Shown here: positions 7,428 to 14,913 of the stretch, one piece after another | Layout: each line of letters begins with the position of its first letter | Numbering within the stretch: the first letter of the stretch is position 1 | IMG/VR virus record: IMGVR_UViG_3300017766_001184 | Coordinates: 1 to 35,234 of that record | Length of the DNA: 35,234 nt | Source of the DNA: a virus | Taxonomy: Duplodnaviria; Caudoviricetes | Direction: 5' to 3' (one strand) | Position numbers and translations under genes: made by a program | The notes under the pieces: model-generated | The model's database searches: none | What the model was told of the DNA's origin: nothing | What the model saw: the letters and a program-made list of their open reading frames with translations, nothing else

Positions 7428-8098
7428 GGGGTGCCGCCGTCGCACACCCACGGGTAGGCGCTGGGTATGCCGGTGGCGCACACCGGACAGTCCTCGGCGT
7501 TGCCCGCACGGTGGCCCTCGACCGGGTCATTCCACGTCGTCGGGCGCGGCGCCGCTGCGCTGAGGTTTGTGGGGTTGTCGTACAGCGACTCCGACCCCCA
7601 CACCAGCAGGCAGAGGCCAAACGGCGGGCGGTCACCCTTCGCGGGCTTGGTCCAGCCCGGTCGGTCGAAGCGTCGCCGACCGCTGAGGAAGTGGACCCGC
7701 AGCAGGGGGCCGGTGCGGTAAGGCTCGACGCACAACTGCCACCACGCCTGCTCGGTACGGTTCGCGGGTAGCAGCATGGCGATGACTTCCACGCGGCCCT
7801 CGCACCACTCAGCCCATGCCTTGTCGACCCACTGGCGGATGTTGCTGTACGGCGGGTTGCACCACACTCGACCCCGCCACGGCTTCACTAGGCCGTCATC
7901 GGTGGCGTTGATGTAGTAGGGCGCCTTGGCGTTCTCGGCATTGGCCGCCACGTCGAGGTCGAACGTGGGAACCCCGGCCAGTCGGCGGCACTCGTCGAGC
8001 AGGTCGAGCGGCGTGCGTCGGTCGTCCACGTCATCGCGGGCGCCGTTGGCGTCGACCTGCTGCGGGTGGTTCTGCGCGCGGTGTCCGACGAGGCTCAT
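7424..8098 (-). CDS. Phage Dam-type N6-adenine DNA methyltransferase
   Basis: RTP, FDLDVAA, DGL..PW, VWCNPPYS, MLLPANRT: the T1/HK97-like phage Dam motifs. Confidence 0.9.
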   Translation of the reverse strand: MSLVGHRAQNHPQQVDANGARDDVDDRRTPLDLLDECRRLAGVPTFDLDVAANAENAKAPYYINATDDGLVKPWRGRVWCNPPYSNIRQWVDKAWAEWCEGRVEVIAMLLPANRTEQAWWQLCVEPYRTGPLLRVHFLSGRRRFDRPGWTKPAKGDRPPFGLCLLVWGSESLYDNPTNLSAAAPRPTTWNDPVEGHRAGNAEDCPVCATGIPSAYPWVCDGGTP

Positions 8099-8214
8099 GC
8101 AGCCACCCCCGCCCAGCCGGACGGCAGCACGCACGCCGCGACGAAGCCGAGCACGGTGAGCCACGCGAGGACGGACCAGCCGCGCTCGGTCAGGCGGGGG
8201 GCGGGGCCTTTCAT
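8095..8214 (-). CDS. Small membrane protein (39 aa)
   Basis: MKGPAPRLTERGW followed by a hydrophobic helix; coupled overlaps. Confidence 0.55.
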   Translation of the reverse strand: MKGPAPRLTERGWSVLAWLTVLGFVAACVLPSGWAGVAA

Positions 8215-8879
8215 GCCGTCACTTCCCGGCGGGCACCGCGCAGGATCGCGCGCACGTCCCCGACCTCCGACGACGACAGGTCGTTCGTCGACGCGATGGG
8301 GCGCCCGACCTGCAAGCCGACCCACGCCTTCACGTCGTCGCGGGACCAGCCCTCAGCCTTCGCGCGCTCGCTGAGTTGCGCCTGCAACCCGCGGAACGCC
8401 GACGTCGCGTCATGGTGCGGGGCCGTCGGGGAGACGCCCTCGGCGACAGCCTCCCCGACGGAGTCCTCGACGACGACGGTCGCCGGCTGGTTGGCGGCGA
8501 GGGGCTGCACCGTGTAGGGAAGGCGCTTCCCACGCGTCACCGTCAGTGCGACCGTCACCGGCTTGTCGATGTGCGACAAGTGACTGACGCGGATGCCGCC
8601 GACGTCCATGCCGCCGAACTTCACAGCCGGATCGCGGTACAGCGTCATCCGCCGACCGGTGTACGCGTTCGCGTCAGGCCCCCACGCGTTGACGAGGATG
8701 CGGCGAACCGTCTTGGAAGGGCGGAACGGGCGCCCGGGGAACTCGACGAGGTGGATGTCGACGGGCTGCTCGGCGCTGCCCTTGCTGACCCGGTCGACGG
8801 TGAACGTGCGCGGACCCGTCAGCAGATCCTCGGCGTTCATCTGGTCGCTGCGGGGGGCGATCGTGTCTCGAAGATCCAT
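8211..8879 (-). CDS. Exonuclease-associated protein, candidate ssDNA-binding/annealing factor
   Basis: IAPRSDQMNAEDL...PSKTVRRIL...WG...VKFGG..VGGIR.SH.SHI; directly downstream of the lambda-type exonuclease, where a recombinase normally sits. Confidence 0.6.
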   Translation of the reverse strand: MDLRDTIAPRSDQMNAEDLLTGPRTFTVDRVSKGSAEQPVDIHLVEFPGRPFRPSKTVRRILVNAWGPDANAYTGRRMTLYRDPAVKFGGMDVGGIRVSHLSHIDKPVTVALTVTRGKRLPYTVQPLAANQPATVVVEDSVGEAVAEGVSPTAPHHDATSAFRGLQAQLSERAKAEGWSRDDVKAWVGLQVGRPIASTNDLSSSEVGDVRAILRGARREVTA

Positions 8880-8880
8880 G

Positions 8881-9555
8881 TCAGATCACCATTTCCAGCT
8901 CGACGATGCGCTCGGTCATCGGAAGTCCTGCGGTGGCGGCGCGGTAGTCGGCGACCATCTGCGCGGCCGTCTCCTCGAACGCGGCGACGGCGGCGACGAT
9001 GATGGCGAACCACTCCGGGTCCGGCTCCACGCGCTTGACGTAGAGGGGCATCCCGCCGCAGAACGACACGTAGTCGATCCACGCGCGCCCGCTGACGAGG
9101 AGGCCACACTGCAACTGCGCCATGTTCTCGGCGGGCACGGCGTCGTCGAGGATGGTCTGCAACTGCTTCTTGGCTCGGCGTGACTTGACCTCGACGAGTC
9201 CGTCGTCGCCGACCAGTCCGTCGGGCGAGTAGCCGAGATCGAAGCCCCAGTCGTCGCGGACCATGAACCCGGTCGTAACGACGGGGCGCTCGACCCACTC
9301 GGAGTACGCGGCGATGGCGAACGGCTCGTCGTTCGTGCCGCGCAGCATGTCGTCGGACACGTACACCGGGTCCGTCCAGCCCGTGATGCGTTCAGCGACA
9401 AGGGTTGCGGCGGTTGCGCGGCTTGTGTCGTTGTTGGCGACCTTGCCTGTGGTGGTGAGCAGTCGGCCGACGATGGACGCGGTGACGATGCCGCGCCGCT
9501 GGTCGTGCCACTCGTCCGTGCCCTGGATGATGTCGGGCAGCTCAAGCAGCGTCAT
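8881..9555 (-). CDS. Lambda-exonuclease/YqaJ-family 5'-3' exonuclease
   Basis: QGTDEWHDQRRGIVTAS, MLRG..DEP.A, YSPDGLV, LVEVKS, QLQ..L.V, WIDYVSF. Confidence 0.93.
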   Translation of the reverse strand: MTLLELPDIIQGTDEWHDQRRGIVTASIVGRLLTTTGKVANNDTSRATAATLVAERITGWTDPVYVSDDMLRGTNDEPFAIAAYSEWVERPVVTTGFMVRDDWGFDLGYSPDGLVGDDGLVEVKSRRAKKQLQTILDDAVPAENMAQLQCGLLVSGRAWIDYVSFCGGMPLYVKRVEPDPEWFAIIVAAVAAFEETAAQMVADYRAATAGLPMTERIVELEMVI

Positions 9556-9827
9556 GCGATGTCTCCCGTTGTCGTGGCGTCCCCGGCGAGGTCGATGACG
9601 TTGTCGCCGACGAGGTAGTGGGTCAGGGTCACGGGGTCGCTCGCCTGCGGCAGCACCCGGACGTTGCGGTAGGCCTCGCGGCTGACCTGCCACGTCGCCA
9701 GCGGGGTCGGCTCGGCGGGGTCGTGGTCGCCGGAAGCCGCTGTGCGCCAACAGAACAGGAACCAGCCGACGGACGCGACGACGGACATCGCGCCGATGGT
9801 GGCGAGGACAGCGACGAGGGCGCTCAT
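9552..9827 (-). CDS. Membrane-anchored hypothetical protein (91 aa)
   Basis: Hydrophobic N-terminus MSALVAVLATIGAMSVVASVGWFLFCW. Confidence 0.65.
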   Translation of the reverse strand: MSALVAVLATIGAMSVVASVGWFLFCWRTAASGDHDPAEPTPLATWQVSREAYRNVRVLPQASDPVTLTHYLVGDNVIDLAGDATTTGDIA

Positions 9828-9982
9828 AGGGTCACCTCCACGCGCTCGTTGCCAACGGGGCAGGGCTCGTCGTCGGCGGTGAGGCACCCGACAACGTGCG
9901 TGTCGGTGCCGTTCGGGGCCTCGACGCACACGCCCTCGTCGTTGCGCTCGCAGTGGCGGCAGCAGCGGTACGGCCCCTTCAC
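9824..9982 (-). CDS. Small Cys-rich hypothetical protein (52 aa)
   Basis: MKGPYRCCRHC...H...C; coupled overlaps. Confidence 0.55.
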   Translation of the reverse strand: MKGPYRCCRHCERNDEGVCVEAPNGTDTHVVGCLTADDEPCPVGNERVEVTL

Positions 9983-10302
9983 GACGTCACCGCCGCGCGC
10001 TGCGCCAGCACGATCGCCTCGGCACACGCCAACGGCGCCGGCGTGTACACCGTCAGCGCGTCACCCGACGCCGTGTACAGCGCCGACGTGCCCGCGAGCA
10101 CCACCGGCTCAAGCCCCAGCGCACCGGCGATGCGGTCCACCAGCGCCATGCGCGCACCCTCCGACGGCACGTCGGACTTCGTCACCTGCACGCCGACGTG
10201 GACGAACAGCGGGGGCAGGGCCGCACCGTCGTCGAGGTCCTCGAGGACGTAGGCGAGGCGTCGCAGCTCGGCGACGGACTCCGCGACCGGACGGCGGCTC
10301 AT
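9979..10302 (-). CDS. Hypothetical protein (107 aa)
   Basis: Protein-like ORF with stop-start overlaps at both ends. Confidence 0.65.
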   Translation of the reverse strand: MSRRPVAESVAELRRLAYVLEDLDDGAALPPLFVHVGVQVTKSDVPSEGARMALVDRIAGALGLEPVVLAGTSALYTASGDALTVYTPAPLACAEAIVLAQRAAVTS

Positions 10303-10889
10303 GCGGCACCGCCGTGCGCCGCGATCAGGTCACGGACGACCCGCGCCGGGACGTGGCCGTAGACGGTGCTGGTCGGGCTGTCGGGATCCTCGCAGTGGTC
10401 GACCCAGTCGGCCCACGGCTCGGGGCGCTCCGTCGGGTAGCCGACCTCGACCGTCACGTAGCGGTCCACGTCCTCGCGCGGCGCGCAGTAGTGGTACTGC
10501 GACGCCTGCACGCTCAGGCGGAAGCCGTCGGCGCAGGTGATGTGCGGGAAGGCGTGGCGGCTCGGGTCGCGGTAGTCGACGACCATCTCGTCACCCTCGA
10601 AGCGCAGGCCGGAGGCTGCCGCCACGACGGGCAGCGGCTCCGACGGCACGTCGTCCCCCCGCAGGTGGGCGAGCACGTCGACGGCGGTGTAGTCGGCGGG
10701 CAACGCGGCGATGACGGCGATGCAGGCGTCGGCGGCGGCCGTGGCCTCGGCGAGCCAGTCGTGTGGGCCGTCGGCCCACATGCCGAGAAGGCGCGCAAGG
10801 TCGTCGGCGAGCGGGTTGTCGGGCCACGGGTCGCCGTCGGGCGTTGCGTACAGCGCCTCGGCGATGGGGACGACCAGCGGCGACGTCAT
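10299..10889 (-). CDS. Hypothetical protein (196 aa) with a globular C-terminal domain
   Basis: C-terminal ITCADGFRLSVQAS..HYC.PR...VEVGYP...TVYGHVP...LIAAHGG; start taken at MTSPLVV. Confidence 0.75.
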   Translation of the reverse strand: MTSPLVVPIAEALYATPDGDPWPDNPLADDLARLLGMWADGPHDWLAEATAAADACIAVIAALPADYTAVDVLAHLRGDDVPSEPLPVVAAASGLRFEGDEMVVDYRDPSRHAFPHITCADGFRLSVQASQYHYCAPREDVDRYVTVEVGYPTERPEPWADWVDHCEDPDSPTSTVYGHVPARVVRDLIAAHGGAA

Positions 10890-10939
10890 GTCCACCGCCA
10901 GGGACGGACCGCGAGGATGCGGCAAGCGAGCAAGTACAT
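10886..10939 (-). CDS. Possible 17-aa leader peptide
   Basis: MYLLACRILAVRPWRWT; GGAAGG upstream and an ATGA overlap with the next gene. Confidence 0.35.
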   Translation of the reverse strand: MYLLACRILAVRPWRWT

Positions 10940-10978
10940 GGGATGTGGCCTTCCGTGTGGTCTACGGGGCGGGAGGGT

Positions 10979-11047
10979 GCCGACGGGGCTCAACGCGGGG
11001 GGCTGCGGAGCCCCGTCGGCGGTCGCGCGGCGGGGGGTGCCGCGCGA
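10979..11047. terminator. Two adjacent GC-rich hairpins (terminator/attenuator-like)
   Basis: GCCGACGGGGCTC/GAGCCCCGTCGGC (10979-11020, 13 bp) and TCGCGCGGC/GCCGCGCGA (11023-11047, 9 bp); no U-tract. Confidence 0.5.
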
Positions 11048-11056
11048 GACAGGTGG

Positions 11057-11155
11057 CTAGCGGGGCATCCGACGACGGTCGGAGCGCGGGGGCTTGGCAG
11101 CGACGGCGACCATCACGACGAGCGCGATGCCAACGGCGACAAGGAGAAGGGTCAT
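11057..11155 (-). CDS. Small membrane peptide (32 aa)
   Basis: MTLLLVAVGIALVVMVAVAAKPPRSDRRRMPR; ATG overlaps the RHH stop. Confidence 0.55.
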   Translation of the reverse strand: MTLLLVAVGIALVVMVAVAAKPPRSDRRRMPR

Positions 11156-11289
11156 GCGGCACACCGCCCATAGTCGCGGAGGGCACTGACAATGATGGCT
11201 GAGACGGTGGTTCCGTCGTCAGCCGCGCGGACGGCGGCGGCGTGCCACACGTCGTCCGGGACGCGAACGTTTCGGATCGGGGTAGCCAT
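11152..11289 (-). CDS. Ribbon-helix-helix regulator heading the early operon
   Basis: Manually translated MATPIRNVRVPDDVWHAAAVRAADDGTTVSAIIVSALRDYGRCAA; AGGAGG RBS. Confidence 0.88.
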   Translation of the reverse strand: MATPIRNVRVPDDVWHAAAVRAADDGTTVSAIIVSALRDYGRCAA

Positions 11290-11317
11290 CGTGGCCTCCT
11301 GTAGTGGTCGTGGGTAC

Positions 11318-11358
11318 ATCGTGGGGGGCGTACCTACGGCGTGTCAAGTACCTACGGC
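11318..11358 (-). promoter_or_regulatory. Early promoter with direct-repeat operators
   Basis: Minus-strand TTGACA (11347-11342), 18 bp, CACGAT; GTACCTACGGC repeated at 11330-11340 and 11348-11358, flanking the -35 box. Confidence 0.75.
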
Positions 11359-12195
11359 AACTATCTTGCGCCGGCGCGCCTTACGCGGTCGGCGGGGTCG
11401 GGTGTGCCTCGGCATGGGCACATCTCGGTACGTCTCCCCCACCGCGGCTTTCCATGCCGTCATCGTGTCAATGCCCAGCAGTTCGCCCACCTCGCGAGCC
11501 GAGACCCCGCCGTGATAGAGGCGCCTTACGTGCGAGACCTGCTCAGAAGTCAGGACGCTATGTGGCGACGACAGCCCCGTACCAGCGAAGGCCCTGCCCT
11601 TGGCTGCCATGTCCGAGCTGTTGTCCTGGGGTGTTCCCAGAAACAGGTGTGCGGGGTTAACGCAGGGCGGATTGTCACAGCGGTGGCAGACGAGCATCCC
11701 ACTCGGTATCTCGCCGTGCGTCAGCGTCCACGCCGCGCGGTGAGCGCCCATCATCACGCCATGCAACGACGTCCGCCCGTACTTCGGTTTTCCGTAGCGG
11801 TCCTTACCGGTCGGCCAGACCCAACAATCTGCCGGGCGGCTGGTGTCGACTCGGGACCAGAACTGCCTCTCGCGCACGGCTGGGGAGAACACGGGAAGCT
11901 CCCTACGTGACATGACGCGATGATGCTCTGGCGCTACGCACGCCACTGCGTCACACGTCCGAACTAGCAGGGTGCCGCGCGGGTTGTCGGCGAGCAGATC
12001 CCATGCAACATGCGCGGCGCGGAGGCGGATGCGCTGCGGACGACTCCTGAGGTTGGCCTGGGGTGTGCCGTCTGCGAGGTGCGGGCCACGCCAGATGAGG
12101 TGGTCGTCGGCGGCCTCTACTTGCGACCAGAACCTCTCGATCTCTCGGACTGAGAGGCCCAGCGCGTTACACTTAACGTCCGAATAGATAGCCAT
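11344..12195 (-). CDS. HNH endonuclease with tandem HNH-like domains and a C-terminal HTH
   Basis: Degenerate first unit (RFWSQV...AAHVAW...RTCDAVACVAPEH), intact second unit (QFWSRV..CWVW...AHRAAW...[15 protein letters not shown]), then LTSEQV...SAREVGELLGI. The start codon is uncertain. Confidence 0.88.
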   Translation of the reverse strand: MAIYSDVKCNALGLSVREIERFWSQVEAADDHLIWRGPHLADGTPQANLRSRPQRIRLRAAHVAWDLLADNPRGTLLVRTCDAVACVAPEHHRVMSRRELPVFSPAVRERQFWSRVDTSRPADCWVWPTGKDRYGKPKYGRTSLHGVMMGAHRAAWTLTHGEIPSGMLVCHRCDNPPCVNPAHLFLGTPQDNSSDMAAKGRAFAGTGLSSPHSVLTSEQVSHVRRLYHGGVSAREVGELLGIDTMTAWKAAVGETYRDVPMPRHTRPRRPRKARRRKIVAVGT

Positions 12196-12212
12196 GCCTT
12201 GGAGTGTACACT
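12160..12212. promoter_or_regulatory. Candidate serine-recombinase site / divergent control region
   Basis: AT-rich patch GTTACACTTAACGTCCGAATAGATA and the perfect palindrome AGTGTACACT (12203-12212), immediately upstream of the recombinase. Confidence 0.4.
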
Positions 12213-12213
12213 A

Positions 12214-12867
12214 ATGACCATTGATCCGTCGCGCGTGGTCGGATACGTCCGCGTTTCCACGACTGAGCAGGGGCAATCGGGCGCCGGCCTAGACGCCCAA
12301 GAGGACGCCATACGCCGAGAGGTCGAGCGGCGGGGGTGGGAACTGCTCCACATCTATTGCGACGTGGCGTCGGGGAAGTCGCGGGACAAGCGGCCCGAAC
12401 TTGCGGCTGCGCTGGCCGAGGTGGCCGAGGGTCGGGCGGGCACGCTCATGGTCTACAAGCTGGACAGGCTGTCTCGCTCCGTTGTCGACTTCGGGACGCT
12501 AGTGGACGAGGCCAGGTCGGGCGGCTGGAACATCGTGATCGTCGACCTCGGCGTTGACCTATCCACGCCCGCTGGGGAACTAGTGGCATCCGTGATGGCA
12601 TCCCTCGCGCAGTGGGAGCGCAAGGTCATCAGCCAACGCACGCGGGACGCGCTCGAGTCTCGACGACGCGCTGGCGTCAGGCTGGGGCGCCCGGTGAGTA
12701 TTGATCCCGACACGGAGGCCGTGATCGTGAAGTTGCGCGAGGGCGGCGCTGGGTATCGCGCCATCGGGACAGAGTTGACCCGCCTCGGCATCACGCCGCC
12801 CCGTGGAGGTCAGTGGTACGCATCGACTGTCAAAGCGGTGCTAGACAGGTTGGGCCGCATCGCCTGA
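12214..12867 (+). CDS. Small serine recombinase (resolvase/invertase family)
   Basis: VGYVRVSTTEQ (catalytic Ser), SG...RPEL, KLDRLSRS, ER..ISQRT, GVRLGRP and a short C-terminal DNA-binding domain (RGGQWYASTV); no large-integrase Zn ribbon. Confidence 0.95.
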   Translation: MTIDPSRVVGYVRVSTTEQGQSGAGLDAQEDAIRREVERRGWELLHIYCDVASGKSRDKRPELAAALAEVAEGRAGTLMVYKLDRLSRSVVDFGTLVDEARSGGWNIVIVDLGVDLSTPAGELVASVMASLAQWERKVISQRTRDALESRRRAGVRLGRPVSIDPDTEAVIVKLREGGAGYRAIGTELTRLGITPPRGGQWYASTVKAVLDRLGRIA

Positions 12868-12879
12868 CAACGCACGAAA

Positions 12880-12924
12880 GCACCCCCGACCTCGACGCTG
12901 GATTGCAGCGGAGATCGGGGGTGC
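12880..12924. terminator. Hairpin between convergent genes, likely a terminator
   Basis: GCACCCCCGA/TCGGGGGTGC outer stem and CGCTG/CAGCG inner stem; on the minus strand it is followed by TTTCGT. Confidence 0.7.
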
Positions 12925-12951
12925 CGTCTGTGTGCGTACAACGTGCGCACG

Positions 12952-13182
12952 CTAGGTGGTACGAAGTGCGGGTCGGTTGCGGAACGGGTGCGGGTAGCGG
13001 TCGTGGCCGTCGAGCCATGCGCGCAGCACGGCGTCCCACGCGGGGTCCAGCGCGGCGCGCAGGGCGAGCTCGTCGCCGATGCCGCTGTCTACGCGCGGGT
13101 AGTCTACGGACGAGTAGACAGCGGCGTCGTGGGCGTTAGCCGCCGTAGCGTCCACGATGCTAGTCGTCGGCATCGTCGTCAC
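12952..13182 (-). CDS. Possible hypothetical protein
   Basis: ORF fills the gap before the terminator; the start is uncertain. Confidence 0.35.
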   Translation of the reverse strand: MTTMPTTSIVDATAANAHDAAVYSSVDYPRVDSGIGDELALRAALDPAWDAVLRAWLDGHDRYPHPFRNRPALRTT

Positions 13183-13363
13183 CCGCGAGGGCGTCGGCGT
13201 CGTCAGCGTTCGGCATGTCGCGGTACAGCCGCAGCACGGCGTCGGCGGTGTCGTTCATCAGGTCCGCGACGGCGTACGGCAGGGCGCCGTCGCCGCGCAC
13301 GGGGTACGCGACCTCGACGCACACGTCACCGATCCGCATGGAGATGCACAGTTCGTCGCTCAT
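13160..13363 (-). CDS. Small acidic hypothetical protein (67 aa)
   Basis: MSDELCISMRIGDVCVEV...DDDADD; ATGA overlap with the exonuclease stop. Confidence 0.7.
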   Translation of the reverse strand: MSDELCISMRIGDVCVEVAYPVRGDGALPYAVADLMNDTADAVLRLYRDMPNADDADALAGDDDADD

Positions 13364-14160
13364 GCCGTCACCCGCCTCTGCTGCACAGCGTGCCGTCGGT
13401 GCTTGCTCCGCGACCACGCGCCACACGCGCACTGGTACGCCGCGAACGACGTCAGGTCGGTGGACGCCCACCCGTCGCGCGTCAGGTCCGTGCCGCCGCA
13501 CACCGGGCAGCGGCGCTCGTCGTCGAGGTACGGCAGGCCGAGGTTGGGGCCGTGTTTGATGTACGGGCGCAGCCGGTCGAGGACGGGCGCCATGAGCACG
13601 CTGTCCTGCTTGCTGTAGCGCACCAGCCGGCGCCGGTCGGGTCCGTCGCCCGCGGCTGCCGCCTTCGCCTCGGCGGCGTTGTAGCGGCCCTGCTTGCCGG
13701 GGAGGCCGAGGAACGCGGCGAGGTAGGCGAGGGACTTGGACTCCAGCGCGAACGCCGAGCGGGCGACGACGTAGAGATCCACATCCTTGACGGGCCTCGG
13801 GGTAGGAATCTGCCCCTGTGCCCAATCCTGGCGTAGCCACTTGAGGTCGGCCTTGCGCCCGTTGAACGTGACGACGCAGTCCGCCTGGTGCAGCTGCTCG
13901 CGCATGGTGCGGGCGACGTGGTACGGGTCGTCGGACTGCCATGCGGCGACGAAGCCGGGGCGCTTGGAGCCGTACCACAGCCACGACGCGCAGAGAGTTC
14001 TTGGCCGAACGCTCCAGCGGTCGGGGTGGAGGTAGTTCAGCCGCGCGAGGTCTCGAGGTTCCCAGATGTCGGCGGTGTACTCGCCGGGCAGGCGCTCGAG
14101 GTCGAACAGCAGGATGCGCGGCGCGGACGGGGTGAGGATGGCGTCGAGGTCGGCGCTCAC
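13360..14160 (-). CDS. DEDDy 3'-5' exonuclease (RNase H-like) with C-terminal Zn ribbon
   Basis: ILLFDLE (ExoI), TFNGRKAD (ExoII), VDL, YSKQD (ExoIII), CPVCG...YQCACG. Confidence 0.88.
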   Translation of the reverse strand: MSADLDAILTPSAPRILLFDLERLPGEYTADIWEPRDLARLNYLHPDRWSVRPRTLCASWLWYGSKRPGFVAAWQSDDPYHVARTMREQLHQADCVVTFNGRKADLKWLRQDWAQGQIPTPRPVKDVDLYVVARSAFALESKSLAYLAAFLGLPGKQGRYNAAEAKAAAAGDGPDRRRLVRYSKQDSVLMAPVLDRLRPYIKHGPNLGLPYLDDERRCPVCGGTDLTRDGWASTDLTSFAAYQCACGAWSRSKHRRHAVQQRRVTA

Positions 14161-14327
14161 TGGTGCCGCCCCCGCCGGTGGTAGCGGATCGCTTCGCCCA
14201 GCGTTGCGAACACTGAGCGACGGAGCCCGAGCCTGCGAAGGAGTCCGGGGCGAACGACGATCCGGACACCGGGCGATTCGGGGTGCCAGAGTTCGACCAG
14301 CAACTCCCCGGTGGGATAGGCGCTCAC
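14157..14327 (-). CDS. Small hypothetical protein (56 aa)
   Basis: MSAYPTGELLVELWHPESPG...; GTGA overlaps at both ends. Confidence 0.55.
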   Translation of the reverse strand: MSAYPTGELLVELWHPESPGVRIVVRPGLLRRLGLRRSVFATLGEAIRYHRRGRHQ

Positions 14328-14584
14328 GCCGCACGCTCGGCGCAGTTGCGGCACCCGCCGTTGGCGTGGCGGACGATGGACTCCGCCGAGATGGGGCCGA
14401 GGTCGCGGGCAGCGAACGCGTCGGCGAGGCGTCGGGCTGTCTCGCGGTTGATCGGGCGGGCGAGGATCGCGCGCACCTTGGCGGCGTCCTCCGGTGTCAT
14501 GCGCTGGACAGCCCAGCCGGTCGCGCACTCCTTGCCGCTGGGGCGGGTTGGCGTGGCGAGCAGGTCGTCAAGGTCTGTGGACAT
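14324..14584 (-). CDS. Small putative Zn-binding helical/HTH protein (86 aa)
   Basis: C..G near the N-terminus and ISAESIVRHANGGCRNC at the C-terminus. Confidence 0.75.
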   Translation of the reverse strand: MSTDLDDLLATPTRPSGKECATGWAVQRMTPEDAAKVRAILARPINRETARRLADAFAARDLGPISAESIVRHANGGCRNCAERAA

Positions 14585-14619
14585 GGCGAAGTACCCCGTT
14601 CAGTGGTCGTGACAGGGAG

Positions 14620-14910
14620 TGGCCTGGCGGTACGACTTGCGGACCCTGGCGGGTACGAAGTGAGGGGGCGCGACGCGACCACGACGCCGCGCCCCCGGTC
14701 TGGGGTTACTCGGGGAACCGTTGCGCTGAGCGAACTCAGGGCGGCGGTATTCCGGGTTACGGGAAAGGCTGGAATATGTGTCCCGATGTCCTCAGTTAGC
14801 GGACAACGTCCCGAAGCGGACCCTGTCGGTATAGGCCGTGACCTATATCTAGAGACATCGGGACACGGTGGAAGTTAGGGGCTCACGCTAAAGCGCCCTA
14901 ACTTTCCTAA
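14620..14910. ncRNA. Candidate structured RNA or palindrome array
   Basis: Five successive stem-loop domains, one of them a three-way junction, tile the intergenic region; see findings. Confidence 0.45.
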
Positions 14911-14913
14911 CGG

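Noticed and set aside
2195-12943. 12-bp direct match GTGCGTACAACG at 2195 and 12932 as possible recombination or att sites
   Set aside because: Several 12-mer matches are expected by chance in 35 kb; there is no dyad symmetry, and one copy lies inside a gene.
14585-14913. tRNA or tmRNA in the structured gap
   Set aside because: I could find no cloverleaf with T-loop GTTCRA and acceptor stem on either strand.
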